A stretch of 62,992 nt of DNA, counting the filler, from Hausera hauseri (lineage: Eukaryota): NCBI GenBank assembly GCA_046269625.1. It is 9 parts of 9 records of this genome, joined end to end, with 100 filler letters (N's around TTAATTAATTAA, not from the genome) between each part and the next. Parts side by side here need not be neighbours in the genome. Positions count along the whole stretch, not along the records: positions 57,692 to 62,992 come from JBJURY010285614.1; 8 more parts are not named here. One strand, written 5' to 3'. How positions within the stretch are numbered: position 1 is the first letter of the stretch; each line of letters opens with the position of its first letter. The position numbers were made by a program, and so were the translations under genes. This document shows positions 60,939 to 62,992 of the stretch, one piece after another. The notes beneath the pieces were generated by a model. It saw only the letters and a list, made by a program, of their open reading frames with translations, was not told the DNA's origin and did no database searches.

Positions 60939-62992
60939 TTAACTGGTTGAGCTGGTATGCGATTCGACATTAATGTCATTTGAACCGGTTAAGTCGCCGG
61001 TATACGATTCAACACCTCCCTCCTTTGATGGTGCTGTCCCCAGCACCAAAGGGTATGTTTTGAGAATGCCGTTGGAGTATTGATAGTTGGCCGAATGGAT
61101 ATTAAGCCAATGTCCTTTGTGTTGGATTTTCTTTTTAAGCGTAATAGTTTCTGCTTTTGTATACTTCTTTTTGTTCGGTTTTTTTATAATATTGGCTATG
61201 ATTGATTTAGTTGAATCATCGTAGGAAGTATGGGGTTGCTGTATTGCAAGAAATGAATTCGTAGTCTCCGTAATTGAGATAGATTGATCTGAGAGGTCTT
61301 CAATATCCATAGATGATGTGGCTGGCATAGATTGTTCCGTATTTTGGGAGGCCTCTCTTATTTTCTTATAAATTTTTAGCATCGTTAGAGCTTTTTTATT
61401 TGTTCTTTGAGGGTATTCTCCATCATTATACTTTATTAGAATTTTTGCTTCAGTCAATTGATTATCTGGATTTGTTTCCTGGGCATAAAGAAGGTCTTTA
61501 ATTCCTAATATAGCATTAATATCGAAGAGAGAGAAGTGGAGGTTGTTTTCATACACATTCATCCCTATAATCATTTTTCCAGTTAATTGCCGTCTGATTG
61601 TAGGTTCCGCCTCATATTGATCAAGTTGGCCGATTATATCGGCTTCTTTTAAATTCGTTATTCGACAATTATAGTTATCAACGCGATTTCGTGGGCAGAT
61701 AACCTGGTTATACAAAATATTTCCAGCTAGGTCCATAATAGTTATTTCGATAAGTGTTTGCTCTTTTGAACGGATGGGTTTCATTAAATACACACCGTTT
61801 ACCGCCATGATAATAACATCTTCATCGGGAATTTGTAAGGATCTAGAGAATGATACGCCTCGTTCCAGTTGTGTTCTATCTGGTAACGGTATAGAGTAAT
61901 TGGTAGGTTTGGGATACTCAAGATGCGGAAGTGTTTCTCTTCGAGTCACCTCTAGATAGATTACTGGTGGGGGTCTATTATGAGGTCGTAAGATTATTGT
62001 AGCGTTTTTATAGAGACGCTGATCAAGCCGGATTGTTGTGAATGGTATGAGATCCACTGTATCTACCATGTCGTTTAAATGGGCCCGGCTTTTTATCTGG
62101 ACAATTTCTTTCACGGCTGAAATATAAACTGAAGTGGTACGATTGGAGAGATCGATAATATCGGATAGCTTAGTTGAGGCAGTGGGTAATTGAATTATAA
62201 GGCCGCTTCGCTGGGTGACCAGATGGCCTTTTAGATTATTTGGAATCAAGGAACACTTTCCGTAATATACATAGTCTTTCTGCATGGTTGCATTGAGATT
62301 GGTGATGATGTTAAAGTAAAATGATTTGGGTCTGTCAGCCATTTCTGAACCTTCTTGAACTGAAAGAGAATATATCAATATAAGATATAGAAGTGTTTTA
62401 GGAATAATATTTTGGTGGGTCGTAATGATTTTGGCGGCCCAATTTTTGATATTTACATCTTTTTGGTTGGTTGCAAGAAATTGTGCAACCTGGTCTTGTA
62501 TGTGAGTGCACATATATAGTGCAACATTTGATAACGGCTGTAATTGCCGTTCGAAATTTGTTGGCTTTTTAGCCTGGGAAAGGGCGTCTATATCTTTAAT
62601 TAAATCTTCATCTTGGGATCCCTCCCTTAATAATTTTAATTGTTGTATCATTTTTCTGGTCTTGCGCATTCTACGTCTTATTCTAGAACAATGAATTATT
62701 ATCGGTAGCAATATAATTATTAAAACTAGGAGAACTCCTAGGGTGATAACCATCCAAAGATATCTGTTAGAATTTTCTATTAGAATTTGTTTGGTGGTTG
62801 TTTTTATAGCTTTTGTCGTGACAACCGTTGGTAATTTTAACGTTTTTTCCAGTTTTTTGACAACTTGTAAAGTCTGTCCGTCTTCGTCCAGTTCCGTTAT
62901 GATTACTTTATAATACGTATTGGCTTCCAAAGGCATACAAGCTGATGTGGGCTCTTCCGGAGTTAAAACTCCTTCGCTCATGACTTTGTGAT
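60939..62992 (-). CDS. Type I membrane protein with cytoplasmic DEDDh/REX4-like pseudo-exonuclease (retroelement accessory ORF), 5'-truncated
   Basis: FN3-like LEANTYYKVII, Thr-rich stalk, TM YLWMVITLGVLLVLIIILLPIII and stop-transfer RIRRRMRK. Then EITIMD..G.ILYN..I.P...V.NY...IT.L.......L.GK.IIG and ALTMLKIY at about 61360-61835. The frame is open to the window edge. Confidence 0.78.
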   Translation of the reverse strand, partial: HKVMSEGVLTPEEPTSACMPLEANTYYKVIITELDEDGQTLQVVKKLEKTLKLPTVVTTKAIKTTTKQILIENSNRYLWMVITLGVLLVLIIILLPIIIHCSRIRRRMRKTRKMIQQLKLLREGSQDEDLIKDIDALSQAKKPTNFERQLQPLSNVALYMCTHIQDQVAQFLATNQKDVNIKNWAAKIITTHQNIIPKTLLYLILIYSLSVQEGSEMADRPKSFYFNIITNLNATMQKDYVYYGKCSLIPNNLKGHLVTQRSGLIIQLPTASTKLSDIIDLSNRTTSVYISAVKEIVQIKSRAHLNDMVDTVDLIPFTTIRLDQRLYKNATIILRPHNRPPPVIYLEVTRRETLPHLEYPKPTNYSIPLPDRTQLERGVSFSRSLQIPDEDVIIMAVNGVYLMKPIRSKEQTLIEITIMDLAGNILYNQVICPRNRVDNYNCRITNLKEADIIGQLDQYEAEPTIRRQLTGKMIIGMNVYENNLHFSLFDINAILGIKDLLYAQETNPDNQLTEAKILIKYNDGEYPQRTNKKALTMLKIYKKIREASQNTEQSMPATSSMDIEDLSDQSISITETTNSFLAIQQPHTSYDDSTKSIIANIIKKPNKKKYTKAETITLKKKIQHKGHWLNIHSANYQYSNGILKTYPLVLGTAPSKEGGVESYTGDLTGSNDINVESHTSSTS

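Noticed and set aside
60939-62981. Host REXO4/ISG20 gene
   Set aside because: It is intronless, has a TM helix, lacks the catalytic motif, is followed by a PPT, and has homologues next to integrase and LTR on other contigs.

Overview
This window is not one locus. It is nine contigs (1-6229, 6330-14773, 14874-23134, 23235-28151, 28252-34717, 34818-42892, 42993-47826, 47927-57591, 57692-62992) joined by identical 100-bp N44-TTAATTAATTAA-N44 spacers. Most of it is AT-rich animal DNA packed with decayed mobile elements: a Polinton/Maverick capsid-protease module, a BEL/Pao retrotransposon, Gypsy-type LTR elements, and hAT, pogo/Tigger, piggyBac and Tc1/mariner DNA transposons. It also holds two host-like exons (ankyrin, USP6NL-like TBC), a bacterial nuoM fragment, and one GC-richer, bacterial-looking contig that is a single >3200-aa modular repeat protein. 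Main result: homologies I read by eye across five contigs suggest a large Gypsy/Metaviridae-like element with the order LTR - tRNA-His PBS - gag - chuvirus-like class III glycoprotein - PR/RT/RH/IN - a second type I membrane protein whose cytoplasmic tail carries a catalytically altered DEDDh (REX4/ISG20-like) exonuclease fold - PPT - LTR. No single contig shows the whole element. Second result: the BEL/Pao Gag appears to start with a ubiquitin-like leader ending LRLKGG and carries tandem CCCH zinc fingers. All family calls are motif recognition by eye, with no database searches.
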